Positions 9,055 to 19,110 of a DNA stretch of 64,000 nt are shown here, piece by piece. The stretch covers positions 72,640 through 136,639 of the forward strand of contig CAMBQN010000003.1 in assembly GCA_945870025.1 (NCBI GenBank). Reading direction: 5' to 3'. The notes under the pieces were generated by a model. It was given only the letters and a program-made list of their open reading frames with translations, did not search any database and was not told the DNA's origin. The position numbers were made by a program, and so were the translations under genes. This DNA comes from Akkermansia muciniphila. GTDB taxonomy: Bacteria; Verrucomicrobiota; Kiritimatiellia; RFP12; JAAYNR01. Within the stretch, counting starts at the first letter, position 1, and every line of letters begins with the position of its first letter.

Positions 9055-10782
9055 TCATCCCTTGACCGCATTGACCCGGGAATCTTTGAGGGTCACGGTG
9101 CGGTTGAACACCGGTGCACCGGGCTGGGAAGAACGCGTGTCGGCGCAGAAATAGCCGAGGCGCTCGAATTGGAACCGCTCGCCGGCGACGGCCCCCATCA
9201 ATGCGGGTTCGGCCTGTGCGGTCACGGTGCGGATCGAATCGGGGTTCAGCCACGTGATAAAATCCCGCGTTTCATCGGCCAGGGGGTCCGCCACGGTAAA
9301 GAGCCGGTCATACAGCCGCACCTCGACCGGGCGGGCGTGACGGGCCGAAACCCAGTGGATGGTTCCCTTCACCTTGCGGCCATCCGGGGCGGTGCCGCCT
9401 CCGGACTGCGGATCATACGTGCCGCGGATTTCGACCACCCGGCCGGCATCGTCCTTGACCACTGACGTGCAAGTGAAGAGGCAGGCATAGCGGAGCCGCA
9501 CCTCGCGGCCCGGCGCCAAACGGAAGAACTTGTTCGACGGATTCTCCATAAAATCATCGCGCTCGATCCACAGCTCGCGGCTGAACGGAATCAGGCGGCT
9601 CGCCGAGGCGGGATCTTCGGGATTGTTGATCGCGTCAAACCACGTTTCCCCATCATCCGGAAAATTCTCGACCACCACCTTGACCGGATCGAGGACCGCC
9701 AGACGGCGTTGGGCCTGGCGGTTCAGGTCGTCGCGAACGCAGTACTCCAGCAGGGCCAGTTCGGTCTCGCTTTCGTATTTGGAGACCCCGATACGTTCGC
9801 AGAAATCGCGGATCGCCTCGGGGGTGTACCCGCGGCGGCGCAGCCCGGCGAGGGTCGGCAGCCTCGGATCATCCCAGCCGTCAACGTGCTTCTCCTGCAC
9901 AAGCTGTAGGAGCTTTCGCTTGCTCATCACGGTGTAGGTCAGGCTGAGCCGGGCGAATTCGCGCTGGCGGGGCCGCACCGTCTGGCCGCAGCGCGTGATG
10001 AGCAGCCCCAGTTCGTCCATGCGGTCGATCACCCAATCGTACAGCGGCCGGTGCACCTCGAACTCCAGGGTGCACAGCGAGTGGGTCACGCCCTCGATGG
10101 CGTCCTCGATCGGATGGGCGAAATCGTACATCGGATAGAGGCACCAGGCGTCGCCCGAGCGGTAATGTGCCACCCGCATGATGCGGTAGAGCACCGGGTC
10201 ACGGAAGTGGATGTTGGGCGAGGCCATGTCGATCTTGGCGCGCAGACAGAGGGTGGCGTCGGCGAACGCGCCAGCGCGCATCCGGCGGAACAGCGCGAGG
10301 CTCTCATCGGGGTTGCGGTCGCGACAGGGACTCGGCGTGCCGGGTTGCGTTGGCACGCCGCGGTAGGCCTTCCACTGTTCCTGCGTAAGATCGCACACGT
10401 AGGCATGTCCGCGCCGGATCAGCTCCTCAGCCATGGCGTACATCGACTCAAAATAATCGCTCGCGTAGACAAATCGGTCCCATTCAAAACCGAGCCAGCG
10501 GATATCGGCCTGAATCGCTTGCACGTAGTCGTCGGATTCCTTGGATGGATTGGTATCGTCCATCCGCAGGTTGCAGACCCCGCCAAATTCACGGGCCATG
10601 CCGAAATCAATGCACACCGCCTTGGCATGGCCGATATGCAGCCAGCCGTTGGGTTCGGGCGGGAACCGGGTCACCACCTGGCCGCCGGGAAGCCCTGCGG
10701 CGACCTCATCCGCAATCCACTGCCTCAGAAAATGGCGGCTGGTGTCGGAGCCGCCGCCCGCGTTGTCCGTGTCTGTTATCAT
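9055..10782 (-). CDS. glnS: glutaminyl-tRNA synthetase
   Basis: 575 aa. Class I HIGH motif (PEPNGWLHIGHAKA), KMSKS variant (VMSKRK), and a GlnRS-type C-terminal anticodon-binding beta-barrels region. Confidence 0.93.
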   Translation of the reverse strand: MITDTDNAGGGSDTSRHFLRQWIADEVAAGLPGGQVVTRFPPEPNGWLHIGHAKAVCIDFGMAREFGGVCNLRMDDTNPSKESDDYVQAIQADIRWLGFEWDRFVYASDYFESMYAMAEELIRRGHAYVCDLTQEQWKAYRGVPTQPGTPSPCRDRNPDESLALFRRMRAGAFADATLCLRAKIDMASPNIHFRDPVLYRIMRVAHYRSGDAWCLYPMYDFAHPIEDAIEGVTHSLCTLEFEVHRPLYDWVIDRMDELGLLITRCGQTVRPRQREFARLSLTYTVMSKRKLLQLVQEKHVDGWDDPRLPTLAGLRRRGYTPEAIRDFCERIGVSKYESETELALLEYCVRDDLNRQAQRRLAVLDPVKVVVENFPDDGETWFDAINNPEDPASASRLIPFSRELWIERDDFMENPSNKFFRLAPGREVRLRYACLFTCTSVVKDDAGRVVEIRGTYDPQSGGGTAPDGRKVKGTIHWVSARHARPVEVRLYDRLFTVADPLADETRDFITWLNPDSIRTVTAQAEPALMGAVAGERFQFERLGYFCADTRSSQPGAPVFNRTVTLKDSRVNAVKG

Positions 10783-10798
10783 GCCCGGTTATTTCCTT

Positions 10799-11290
10799 TT
10801 AACGCCACACCTTGATCCACATCGTGCGGCGGCCCCATATCCGGGCCTCCGCATGGGACGGGAACCACAAATCCAGTCTGTTGCCCTTGATCGCGCCCCC
10901 CCGGTCCTCGATCTTACCATACCCATAGCCGGGCACCTGGATGACCGTGCCGAAAGGCAGCACCGAGGTGTCGGCCGCAACGGTGCCGGGGCGGGCGCGG
11001 ACCCCGCTCGCGGTGATGCCGACCTGTTTCGGATCTCCCCTATTCGGGCCGCTTGAAACCACGGGCGGTCCCAAACCAAACCAGCTCCGCTTCCAACTGC
11101 AGCAAATACCGCAATTACAATATCCGGTGATTTCGAACGTCATCGCCACGGGCTGGCGATCGCGCGGCGGTCGTATCGGCGCCGTGATGCACCCCGGCAG
11201 CACGAGCCATGCAGCCGCTCCGACTGCGGCCACAACCCGCCAGCCACGCCCTGTTGCTCCCTGTTTGATCGTGCCGTTCTGTTGCATCAT
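10799..11290 (-). CDS. 3D-domain (RlpA/MltA-like double-psi beta-barrel) lipoprotein
   Basis: C-terminal TASGVRARPGTVAADTSVLPFGTVIQVPGYGYGKIEDRGGAIKGNRLDLWF is a typical 3D domain. Signal/lipobox AAWLVLPGC. The start is placed at MMQQNGT (11290) to avoid a 90-nt overlap with the upstream gene. Confidence 0.7.
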   Translation of the reverse strand: MMQQNGTIKQGATGRGWRVVAAVGAAAWLVLPGCITAPIRPPRDRQPVAMTFEITGYCNCGICCSWKRSWFGLGPPVVSSGPNRGDPKQVGITASGVRARPGTVAADTSVLPFGTVIQVPGYGYGKIEDRGGAIKGNRLDLWFPSHAEARIWGRRTMWIKVWR

Positions 11291-11306
11291 TGACCTGTTC
11301 CTGGCG

Positions 11307-11828
11307 TCACGAAAGATCGTACAGTTTCGGATCCCGCCGCGGTTCGCGGCGCATGCGGCGCAGACTGTCGTGCAGCGGGCCGCCCGTCTCGGGAGCAAAC
11401 GGATTCTCGACGTTCAGCGCATCACCCATCTCAGCCTCGATCTGATCGGGGGCGGCGCCTGCGGCGAGACGCGCCAGCGCCTCCCGCACGGCGGGATTAA
11501 ACGTCATCCCGGTCAGTTCCGCAAATTTATGGAACAGCCGCGTCGATTCGCACGGAGTGGCCTCGGCCTCATCCGCCGCCCCCATCTCGTCCGACAACAC
11601 CTCCATCGCCCGCGCCAGCCGCGCCTCGTCAACCGATGCCAGCGGGTCGTCGCCGTCCGCTCCGTCCGCGCCCCGTTTGCCTTCGCCCGGGCAAGCGAAG
11701 GGTGACACCTCGCGACTCAACGCGCCACCGCACGCCGGGCAAGCCGGTGCGCAGGGAACGCCCGGACGCCGGGACAGAAAACTGAACACCGTGTTACACG
11801 GGCCGCAGGTAAACTCGTAAATCGGCAT
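11307..11828 (-). CDS. FmdB-family zinc-ribbon protein
   Basis: N-terminal MPIYEFTCGPCNTVF...CPACGG CxxC-CxxC ribbon typical of the FmdB/CxxC_CxxC_SSSS family, followed by an acidic tail. Confidence 0.65.
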   Translation of the reverse strand: MPIYEFTCGPCNTVFSFLSRRPGVPCAPACPACGGALSREVSPFACPGEGKRGADGADGDDPLASVDEARLARAMEVLSDEMGAADEAEATPCESTRLFHKFAELTGMTFNPAVREALARLAAGAAPDQIEAEMGDALNVENPFAPETGGPLHDSLRRMRREPRRDPKLYDLS

Positions 11829-11982
11829 CGCTTGCCACTCCTACCCCCGCCACATCGGCGGCACAGGCGTCTTTTCGTACAGTACGTCATGATACCCGAG
11901 ATTGTCCGCGCCCGCAACAGCAAGAACAGCAATTTTGTCTGCGTGTCTTGACATTCCCACGCGCTTCTGCCATCGTATCACA

Positions 11983-12291
11983 ATGACATCGTGGCCAACT
12001 ACTGGTGCGGGCGTGATTTCGGCCTGTGGGGGGCAGGGGTGGCGGAGAAGGGATTTCTTGCCAGACCTCTCCGCGCTCGCAGCTCTGGTCTTCCTCTCTG
12101 CCCACCTCGCCGCCCGCGCTGACACCGACGGCCCCTACGCATACACCATCACCGACAGCCATGCCACCGTCACCAACTTCGATTCGGCATACTCCGGTGA
12201 ACGTTCCATCACCAACCCCCTCGGCGGCTTTCCCGTCACCAGAATCGGCAGTTCTGCGTTCAGATACTGCTTCAAACTGGCCAAGGATTGA
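11983..12291 (+). pseudogene. truncated BspA-type leucine-rich-repeat (LRR_5) protein fragment
   Basis: A signal-peptide-like LSALAALVFLSAHLAARA is followed by YAYTITDSHATVTNFDSAYSGERSITNPLGGFPVTRIGSSAFRYCFKL. This is the first unit of a BspA-like LRR, and it stops abruptly at the start of the kinase gene. Confidence 0.35.
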
Positions 12292-12296
12292 CTGCC

Positions 12297-14525
12297 ATGA
12301 AAAAAACCAAACCAGCCGCCTGCGCCACCTCTTCCGAACTGCGCCGCCTTGCCGAAGAGCGGTTGAAAGCGAAGCAGAGAGGACAGAACCCCGTGGTCAG
12401 TGGTCAGAAGTCGATGGAAGACATGGCACGTCTCGTTCACGAGCTTCAGGTCCACCAGATCGAGATGGAGATGCAGAAAGAGGAATTGCGCGCGGCCCGG
12501 GCGGAACTCGAAGCCTCCCGTGCGCGATATCGGGGGTTATTCGCCAACTCCCATGACGCCATCATGACCCTTGAGCCTCCCTCCTGGGCTTTCACTTCCG
12601 GAAACCCGGCCGCCTTGGAGATGTTCGGAACCAAGACCGAGGCGGAATTCACTGCTCAAGAGCCGTGGAAACTATCGCCCGAACTCCAGCCGGACGGGCG
12701 AGCCTCTGACGAGAAGGCCAGGAAGATGATCGAGACGGCTATGCGCGACGGTTCGCACTTCTTCGAATGGACGCACCGGCGGATCAACGGTGAGGAGTTC
12801 CCCGCCGACGTGCTCTTGAGCAGGATGTCATCAGCCGGCACGACGTTCCTTCAGGCAACGGTTCGCGACATCACCGCCCGCAGACAAGCGGAGAAGGATA
12901 TCCGCACGCTCAACGCCAGCCTGGAACAGCGCGTGGCCGAGCGCACGGCGGAACTTCGCCGGAGTGAGGCGAAACTCGCGCTGGCCGTCAGCGGAACGCG
13001 TATCGGCATCTTCGAGCGGAACCTGCTGACCGGCGAAACCATGGCAACCGAGCAGCACGTCCGGTTACTCGGCCTGCGCCCAACAACAACAACAACAACA
13101 ACAACATCACTGTCCCAAAGCTATCAGCACCGCGACTGGGCGGAGTGCGTCCATTCCGAAGATCTTCCGCGGGTGCAAGCGGAGATGGATTGCTGCATAG
13201 CAGCACATGAACCATTCGAAACGGAATACAGAATCGTCTGGCCGGACAACAACCTGCACTGGGTTGCCGTCCGCGGGATTTTCCAATACGACGACCAAGG
13301 CGCGCCGATCCGTCTGCTCGGCATCATGTTGGACATCACCGAGCGCAAGCGGACCGAAGAGGCGTTGCGACATCTCAACGCAACGCTTGAACATCGCGTC
13401 GCCAAACGGACAGCGGATTTGGCGGAATCCGAGGCTCGGTTCCGGACCATTTTCGACTCCGTCGCCGTCGGTTTGTTCCTGAGCGATAGGAACACCGGGC
13501 GGTTCGTCTTGGCAAACAAGGCGTGCCTCGAAATGCTGGGCTGCACGTTGGAGGAGTTCGTGGCTCTGCGACTTGACGATCTGCACCTGCCGGAGGACCT
13601 GCCGTTCATACGCGAAGAGATCGCCAAGTTCAGCAGGGGAGATATCGCGCCGCCCGCCGACGTGCGATTCAAACGCAAAGACGGGAGTCTGATGATAGGC
13701 AAGGTCCATCTGACTGCCGTGCGATATGACGGTCAGAACTACGTGCTGGTGTCGATCCGGGATGTCACCGAACGCAGGGAGATGAAAAGGGAGTTGAAGC
13801 AATCGCACGAAACGCTGCGGGGACTGTTGAACCGCCTGGAGAAGGCCCGCGAGGAGGAACGCACCCGCGTCGCGCGGGATATTCACGACGACATGGGGCA
13901 GAATCTCACGGCGATCAAGATGGACCTGCGATGGATCGAACGCGCGTTGGAGAAGGTGGAAGCATTGTCGGAACTTGACGCCGTGAAGGCGCGCGCGAGG
14001 ACCGCCATCGAGATCGTGGACGCCACGACGGCCGCCGTGCAGGAACTGGCCACGCAACTGCGCCCGGGCGTGTTGGACAAGCTGGGGCTGGGACCGGCGC
14101 TTCGCTTCGAGGCCCGGCGTTTCCAGGCGCATTCCGGCATCCAGTGCAGGGCGAGCGTGCCCGACGCATTGCCGAATCCGACGCCGGCCGTGGCGACGGC
14201 CTTGTTCCGGATTCTCCAGGAATGCCTCACCAACGTCGCACGTCACTCCGGCGCGACCAGCACGAGCATCCGGCTGGATGTGCGGGACGACGACCTTTTG
14301 CTGCGCATCCACGACAACGGCACCGGCATCACCGACGCGGCGCTTGACGACCCGCAGTCGCTCGGGGTGCTGGGAATGAAAGAGCGCGCCGCCATACTGG
14401 GCGGCGAGGTCATCGTCCGACCCGGCAATAAAGGCGGAACGGTGGTGACGGTGAGGATTCCGAATGAGGCGGTAATCGGTGATCAGCAACCAGTGATCGG
14501 TGTCAAAAGCGGTTATGAACAGTAA
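12297..14525 (+). CDS. multi-PAS sensor histidine kinase (HisKA_3 / NarX-type)
   Basis: About 742 aa. N-terminal coiled coil, several PAS/PAC segments (TERKRTEEAL, DVTERREM linkers), H-box DIHDDMGQNLTAIKM, and ATPase boxes LQECLTNVARH, HDNGTGI, GVLGMKERAAILGG. Confidence 0.85.
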   Translation: MKKTKPAACATSSELRRLAEERLKAKQRGQNPVVSGQKSMEDMARLVHELQVHQIEMEMQKEELRAARAELEASRARYRGLFANSHDAIMTLEPPSWAFTSGNPAALEMFGTKTEAEFTAQEPWKLSPELQPDGRASDEKARKMIETAMRDGSHFFEWTHRRINGEEFPADVLLSRMSSAGTTFLQATVRDITARRQAEKDIRTLNASLEQRVAERTAELRRSEAKLALAVSGTRIGIFERNLLTGETMATEQHVRLLGLRPTTTTTTTTSLSQSYQHRDWAECVHSEDLPRVQAEMDCCIAAHEPFETEYRIVWPDNNLHWVAVRGIFQYDDQGAPIRLLGIMLDITERKRTEEALRHLNATLEHRVAKRTADLAESEARFRTIFDSVAVGLFLSDRNTGRFVLANKACLEMLGCTLEEFVALRLDDLHLPEDLPFIREEIAKFSRGDIAPPADVRFKRKDGSLMIGKVHLTAVRYDGQNYVLVSIRDVTERREMKRELKQSHETLRGLLNRLEKAREEERTRVARDIHDDMGQNLTAIKMDLRWIERALEKVEALSELDAVKARARTAIEIVDATTAAVQELATQLRPGVLDKLGLGPALRFEARRFQAHSGIQCRASVPDALPNPTPAVATALFRILQECLTNVARHSGATSTSIRLDVRDDDLLLRIHDNGTGITDAALDDPQSLGVLGMKERAAILGGEVIVRPGNKGGTVVTVRIPNEAVIGDQQPVIGVKSGYEQ

Positions 14526-15162
14526 GTTTCCCAGTTTTCTGATAGTCGAAGACCACGCCATCGTGCGGCGCGGTCTGAAGGACATTCTGGCCGATGAATA
14601 TCCCCGCGCGGTCTTCGGCGAAGCCAGCGATACGCCGCTGGCCCTAGCAGCGTTGGAGCGCCGGAAATGGGACATTGTGCTACTCGACATCAACATCCCC
14701 GGACGGGGCGGCCTGGAGGTGCTGGAGGACATTTGCCGCCTGTATCCTCAAACGAAGGTGCTGATCGTCAGCGCCTACCGGGAAGAGGAGTTCGCGGTGC
14801 GGGCGTTCAAACTGGGTGCGGCGGGTTATCTGGGCAAGCATCAGGCTTCCGACGAACTCGTGAAAGCCGTGGAGAAGATGCTCGGCGGCGGGAAGTACGT
14901 AACCGCCGCGCTTGCGGAGCTACTCGCCGCCGCACTGAGCGGCGGGGCGGAGTGCGGCGCGCCGCATGAGACTCTTTCGCCCCGCGAACTCCAGGTTCTG
15001 CGTCTGATCGCCAGCGGAAAGACCGTCAAGGAGATTGCCTCCTCTTTTCGCCTGAGCGAGAAGACCGTCGGCACGTATCGCACGCGGATTGCGGCGAAGA
15101 CCGGGCTGGGGAGCAACGTTGAATTGACGCGTTACGCCTTCCAGCACGGGTTGACGCGGTAG
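14515..15162 (+). CDS. NarL/LuxR-family response regulator
   Basis: REC domain (LIVEDHAIVRRG...IVLLDINIPG) plus a C-terminal LuxR HTH (LSPRELQVLRLIASGKTVKEIA). Overlaps the kinase stop. Confidence 0.9.
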   Translation: MNSKFPSFLIVEDHAIVRRGLKDILADEYPRAVFGEASDTPLALAALERRKWDIVLLDINIPGRGGLEVLEDICRLYPQTKVLIVSAYREEEFAVRAFKLGAAGYLGKHQASDELVKAVEKMLGGGKYVTAALAELLAAALSGGAECGAPHETLSPRELQVLRLIASGKTVKEIASSFRLSEKTVGTYRTRIAAKTGLGSNVELTRYAFQHGLTR

Positions 15163-15257
15163 GGTAATCTCCCTACATGCGCCTTCCTGCGCCCCCTACA
15201 CAGACTCGGCTCACGCGCCGACTACCCATCCCGTTCCCGCCGTGTCATGATCCCCGC

Positions 15258-16396
15258 ATGAAACGCAACAGCCCGATGTCCGTATTGCTCGTGGAAGACT
15301 CCGCGCCGGTTCGTCAGCGCCTGTGCGCTCTGATCACCGAGACGGAGAGCCTCCAGGTGGCCGCCGAGGCGGCCACGGTCGCCGAGGCGACAACCCTGTT
15401 CGACTCCGTCCATCCCGAAGCCGTGTTGCTCGACCTCGCGCTGCCGGACGGCAGTGGTCTCGACGTTTTGCGACATGTCCGCACGGCCGGAGCGAAGTGC
15501 CTGGTGCTTATTCTCAGCAACCATGCGGAGCCGGAAACCCGGCGCGGCTGCTGTGCGCTTGGCGCGGACTACGTGTTCAGAAAAGCCGACGAGTTCGAAC
15601 AGGCCCTTGAAACGCTCCGTTCCTTGTCGGTGCGGGCGGAGAACACGACGAAGCGCCCGCGCCCAGCGCGCCGGGTCCATCGCGCCAGACTGGTCGTGAC
15701 CTGCCCATCGGTCTGCACATCCGACCCGCCGCACTGTTGGCCAAGCAGGCGCAGGCCTTCGATGCGGAGATCGAACTGTCCCTCAACGGCAAAAAAGCCA
15801 ATGCCAAGAGCATTCTGAGCGTGATGATCCTCTGCGCCGAGCACGGAGCGGAGGTCCGGTTGTCGGCCAGCGGCAACGACGCCGAAGAGGCCGTGCGGGC
15901 CATCACGGCCCTCTTCGCGTCCAATTTCGAAGAACCGTTGCGCCCGGATGTGTCGGAGAAGATGACGGAATCGCCGCGTTCCGCTCAACTGTCGGGCGGC
16001 GTTGGCGAAATGGTTCTGGTCGCAGATGATGAACAATGCATCCGCGAACTGGTCGGCAAGGTCCTCGAAAGGAACGGATATCGGCCCCTCCTGGCCCGAA
16101 ACGGCTTGGAAGCGGTGTCTCTCTACACGGCGAACGCAAGCAACATCAAAGTCGCGGTTTTCGACATGATCATGCCGGAGATGAATGGGTTTGAGGCCAT
16201 ATCTGCTATCCGCCGAATGAACCCCAATCTGCCTGTGTTGTCCATGAGCGGCTCGATGGAAAAGCCCCCCCTTCCCATCGATGCGACCACGGCATTTCTC
16301 CAAAAACCCTTCACCTTGGCGGAATTCCTGCCCGCCCTGCGAACGCTGTTGGACGGAGCGCCGAGTGCACGTGCGGTCGGTGCCCATAGCAGGTAA
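15258..16396 (+). pseudogene. REC-HPr-REC fusion gene interrupted by a 1-nt frameshift
   Basis: Frame 0 (ORF 15177..15818) encodes a receiver domain (SVLLVEDS...VLLDLALPDGSG) and then RARLVVTCP. Frame 2 continues IGLHIRPAALLAKQAQAFDAEIELSLNGKKANAKSILSVM...SASGNDAEEAV, a full HPr fold with the His15 and Ser46 contexts, followed by a second receiver (VLVADDE...VAVFDMIMPEMNG). Frame 2 has no start codon upstream of the HPr active-site His. The frames join at the CCC run 15704-15706. Confidence 0.6.
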
Positions 16397-16575
16397 GAGG
16401 CCATCAACAAAGAGGTCAGCGTCCACACAGGAGTTTGCACCATGAATAGGATGGCAGGCAAGACGGTATTAGCGTAGCGCCGGATGCAATGGGCATCCAT
16501 AGGCGGATGACAACCCGAACAACGTTCATCTTGTAATCGGCCGCGAGCCGAGAACGACCGCGCGGGAAACGCAGA

Positions 16576-18687
16576 ATGAGCGACACGCCCAAAAACGGGA
16601 ATGCGAAATCCAAGGCCATCCGGATCCTTCTGGTGGAGGACGACCCCGGATGCGCCCGCCTGCTGGAGATCGTTTTGTCGCATTGCCAGTACGATTTATT
16701 TGAGGTCCGCCGGGCCGAGAATCTTTCCGCGGCGATCCAGACCATCACTCAGGATGGGATTGACCTTGTGCTGTTAGACCTCGGCCTCCCCGATAGCCAG
16801 GGGATCGACACATTCGTTCGCATGCATGCGGCAGCGCCTTCGGTGCCGATCATCGTGCTCACCGGTACCGACGATGAGGAGTTGGCCACCCGGACGATCC
16901 AACAGGGAGCCCAGGACTTCATCGTCAAGGGACTGAGGGATAACTCGTCCATGGTGCGAACCATTCGCTACGCCCTGGAACGGTACCGCTCACAACAAGC
17001 GCTGGCTGACGAACACGCACTCCTGCGCAGTGTTGTCGACAACATCCCGGATCAGGTCTATTTGAAGGACACGGAATGCCGATTTGTAGCCATCAATCCC
17101 GAGACCGCCCGCTTTCTGGGGGCGTCCTCTTCCGACGCGATCATCGGCAAATGCGACTTTGACTTTTTCCCGCACGAACTGGCCGCGCAGTTCCTGACGG
17201 AAGATCAGGCGATCTTGCATTGTGAACAACCGTGCGTCAACCGCGAGGCGGCCGTCACAGGCTCCGCGGGCAACATGCGGTGGGTGTTGACGACCAAGGT
17301 GCCTCTGCGAGACTACACGGGCAACATCACGGGACTGTTGGGCATCAACCGCGATATTACCGAACGCAAGCAGGCAGAAGATGAAGCCCGGAAAACGCTG
17401 CTGTGGCAGGAGGGTGTCAATCGGGTCCAGCAATCGCTCCTGGCGCCAGCCCCGCTTGCGGACAAACTCAAGATGATCGCCGACTGCATTGTCCGACTGT
17501 TTGATGCGGATGTCTGTCGTATCTGGCTGGGCCGCCCCTGCGATCGCTGCGAACAAAGTTGTACCCATGCCGATATCCGGGAAGGGCCGTATGTCTGCCA
17601 TTCCCGCAACCAGTGCCTGCATTTGCTGGCGAATGCCGGACGCAACGCTTACGCCGGCATCAACAGTCACCTCCGCGTCCCCTTCGCCTGTTACAGAATC
17701 GGACAGATCGCGTCGAGTCCAGATCACAAGTTTCTTACAAACGATGTGCTGACTGACCCCCACATGCACAATCACCAATGGGCACGGGAACTGGGTCTGG
17801 CTTCGTTTGCCGGATACCAAATCCGCATACGCGATGGAGAAACACTTGGCGTGCTCGCCCTCTTCGCCAAACACCCCGTTCTGAAAACGGAAGACGCGAT
17901 TCTGGATCAACTCAGCACCACCGTCGCTTTTGTCGTCGAACAAGCCATTTCTGAAGAAACATTGCAAACCGCCCAAATGAAATTGATTGACACCGCCAGG
18001 TTGGAATCGGTGGCCCAACTGGCCGCCGGCGTTGCCCACGAAGTCAAGAACCCGCTGGCCATCGCTCTGATGGGACTGGAATACCTGTCGAGTACGGTCG
18101 GCGCAACCGATGAACAGACGGCGACGGTTTTAAGCGACACAAAGGAAGCCCTGTTACAGGCCGATGCGATTGTCCGCGAATTGATGAATTTTGCCGTGCC
18201 GGCAAAACTGGAGATAGAACGCCATGACCTAAACACGGTCGTGGCACACTCGCTGTACTTGGTCCGGCATGATGCAAGGAAACATGATGTCGCCCTAAGA
18301 ATGGATTTTGGGCAGGACCTGCCGCACCTTCATTTCGACAGAGTGAAAATCGAACAGGCTCTTGTCAATCTTTGCATGAACGCCATCGAAGCCATGCCGA
18401 CGGGCGGAACGTTGCTCATCAAGACCCGCGCCAACCAACTGGACACCGGAGTCACCGTAAGCACCGTCGAAGTGGAAGACACCGGCACCGGCATTGCCTC
18501 CGGGGATTTGGCACGACTCTTCGATCCGTTTTTCACCAAAAATCAGGTCGGTAAAGGCACCGGACTCGGCCTGACCGTTGCCAAGCGAATCATCGAGTTG
18601 CACGGCGGCACAATACGGATCGACAACCGCCCCGAAGGGGGTGCCCGCGCAACCATCACTCTTCAAACGAAAGAGGACAAACCATGA
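16576..18687 (+). CDS. hybrid sensor kinase: REC-PAS-GAF-HisKA-HATPase
   Basis: 703 aa. N-terminal receiver (ILLVEDD...LVLLDLGLPD), PAS (NRDITERKQAE boundary), a GAF-like region, H-box AAGVAHEVKNPL, and ATPase boxes NLCMNAIEAM, DTGTGI, GTGLGL. Confidence 0.85.
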   Translation: MSDTPKNGNAKSKAIRILLVEDDPGCARLLEIVLSHCQYDLFEVRRAENLSAAIQTITQDGIDLVLLDLGLPDSQGIDTFVRMHAAAPSVPIIVLTGTDDEELATRTIQQGAQDFIVKGLRDNSSMVRTIRYALERYRSQQALADEHALLRSVVDNIPDQVYLKDTECRFVAINPETARFLGASSSDAIIGKCDFDFFPHELAAQFLTEDQAILHCEQPCVNREAAVTGSAGNMRWVLTTKVPLRDYTGNITGLLGINRDITERKQAEDEARKTLLWQEGVNRVQQSLLAPAPLADKLKMIADCIVRLFDADVCRIWLGRPCDRCEQSCTHADIREGPYVCHSRNQCLHLLANAGRNAYAGINSHLRVPFACYRIGQIASSPDHKFLTNDVLTDPHMHNHQWARELGLASFAGYQIRIRDGETLGVLALFAKHPVLKTEDAILDQLSTTVAFVVEQAISEETLQTAQMKLIDTARLESVAQLAAGVAHEVKNPLAIALMGLEYLSSTVGATDEQTATVLSDTKEALLQADAIVRELMNFAVPAKLEIERHDLNTVVAHSLYLVRHDARKHDVALRMDFGQDLPHLHFDRVKIEQALVNLCMNAIEAMPTGGTLLIKTRANQLDTGVTVSTVEVEDTGTGIASGDLARLFDPFFTKNQVGKGTGLGLTVAKRIIELHGGTIRIDNRPEGGARATITLQTKEDKP

Positions 18688-19097
18688 ATAAGAAGAGAAT
18701 CCTGCTGGTGGATGACGAGCCGCAGTTTACGCGGATGGTGCGGCTCAATCTGGAAAAAACCGGTGCTTACGAAGTAAAGGAGGTGAACGACTCGAAACAG
18801 GCGGTGGCGGCGGCCGTGCAATTCAAACCCGATTTGGCCGTGCTCGATGTCATGATGCCGGGAATGGACGGTGGCGATATCGACGCCCTGTTCAAGAGTC
18901 ATCCTTTACTGAAAGACGTAAAGGTCTTGTTTCTGACTGCTATCGTTTCACCGTGCGAAGCGAGCAGAGAAGGATATCGCAGCGGCGGGCTTATTTTCCT
19001 TGCCAAACCGATTACGCTCGCTGCGCTGGTTAAATCCATCGAAGCCAACTTGCACAATGCACCGCAATCAGCCGCACCCGTGTCAAAACCATGCTGA
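18684..19097 (+). CDS. single-domain response regulator (REC)
   Basis: 137 aa. ILLVDDEP...LAVLDVMMPGMDG...FLAKP. ATGA overlap with the upstream kinase. Confidence 0.85.
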   Translation: MNKKRILLVDDEPQFTRMVRLNLEKTGAYEVKEVNDSKQAVAAAVQFKPDLAVLDVMMPGMDGGDIDALFKSHPLLKDVKVLFLTAIVSPCEASREGYRSGGLIFLAKPITLAALVKSIEANLHNAPQSAAPVSKPC

Positions 19098-19110
19098 GGG
19101 ATCACTCTCC

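Noticed and set aside
13107-14732. 541-aa minus-strand ORF opposite the PAS kinase. Similar long shadow ORFs occur at 10051-10815, 28002-29162, 32737-34518, 35601-36935, 37854-39074, 39059-40084 and 43614-44375.
   Set aside because: This is typical antisense open frame behaviour in GC-rich coding DNA. The products are R/G/H/P-rich without any recognisable motif, whereas the opposite strand encodes clear domain signatures.
15699-15710. Programmed -1 ribosomal frameshifting as the explanation for the REC/HPr frame change.
   Set aside because: The junction (ACC TGC CCA TCG) is not a canonical X XXY YYZ slippery heptamer and I see no obvious downstream stimulatory structure. A homopolymer indel, either a sequencing error or a real mutation, is more parsimonious. 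It is left open in the finding.
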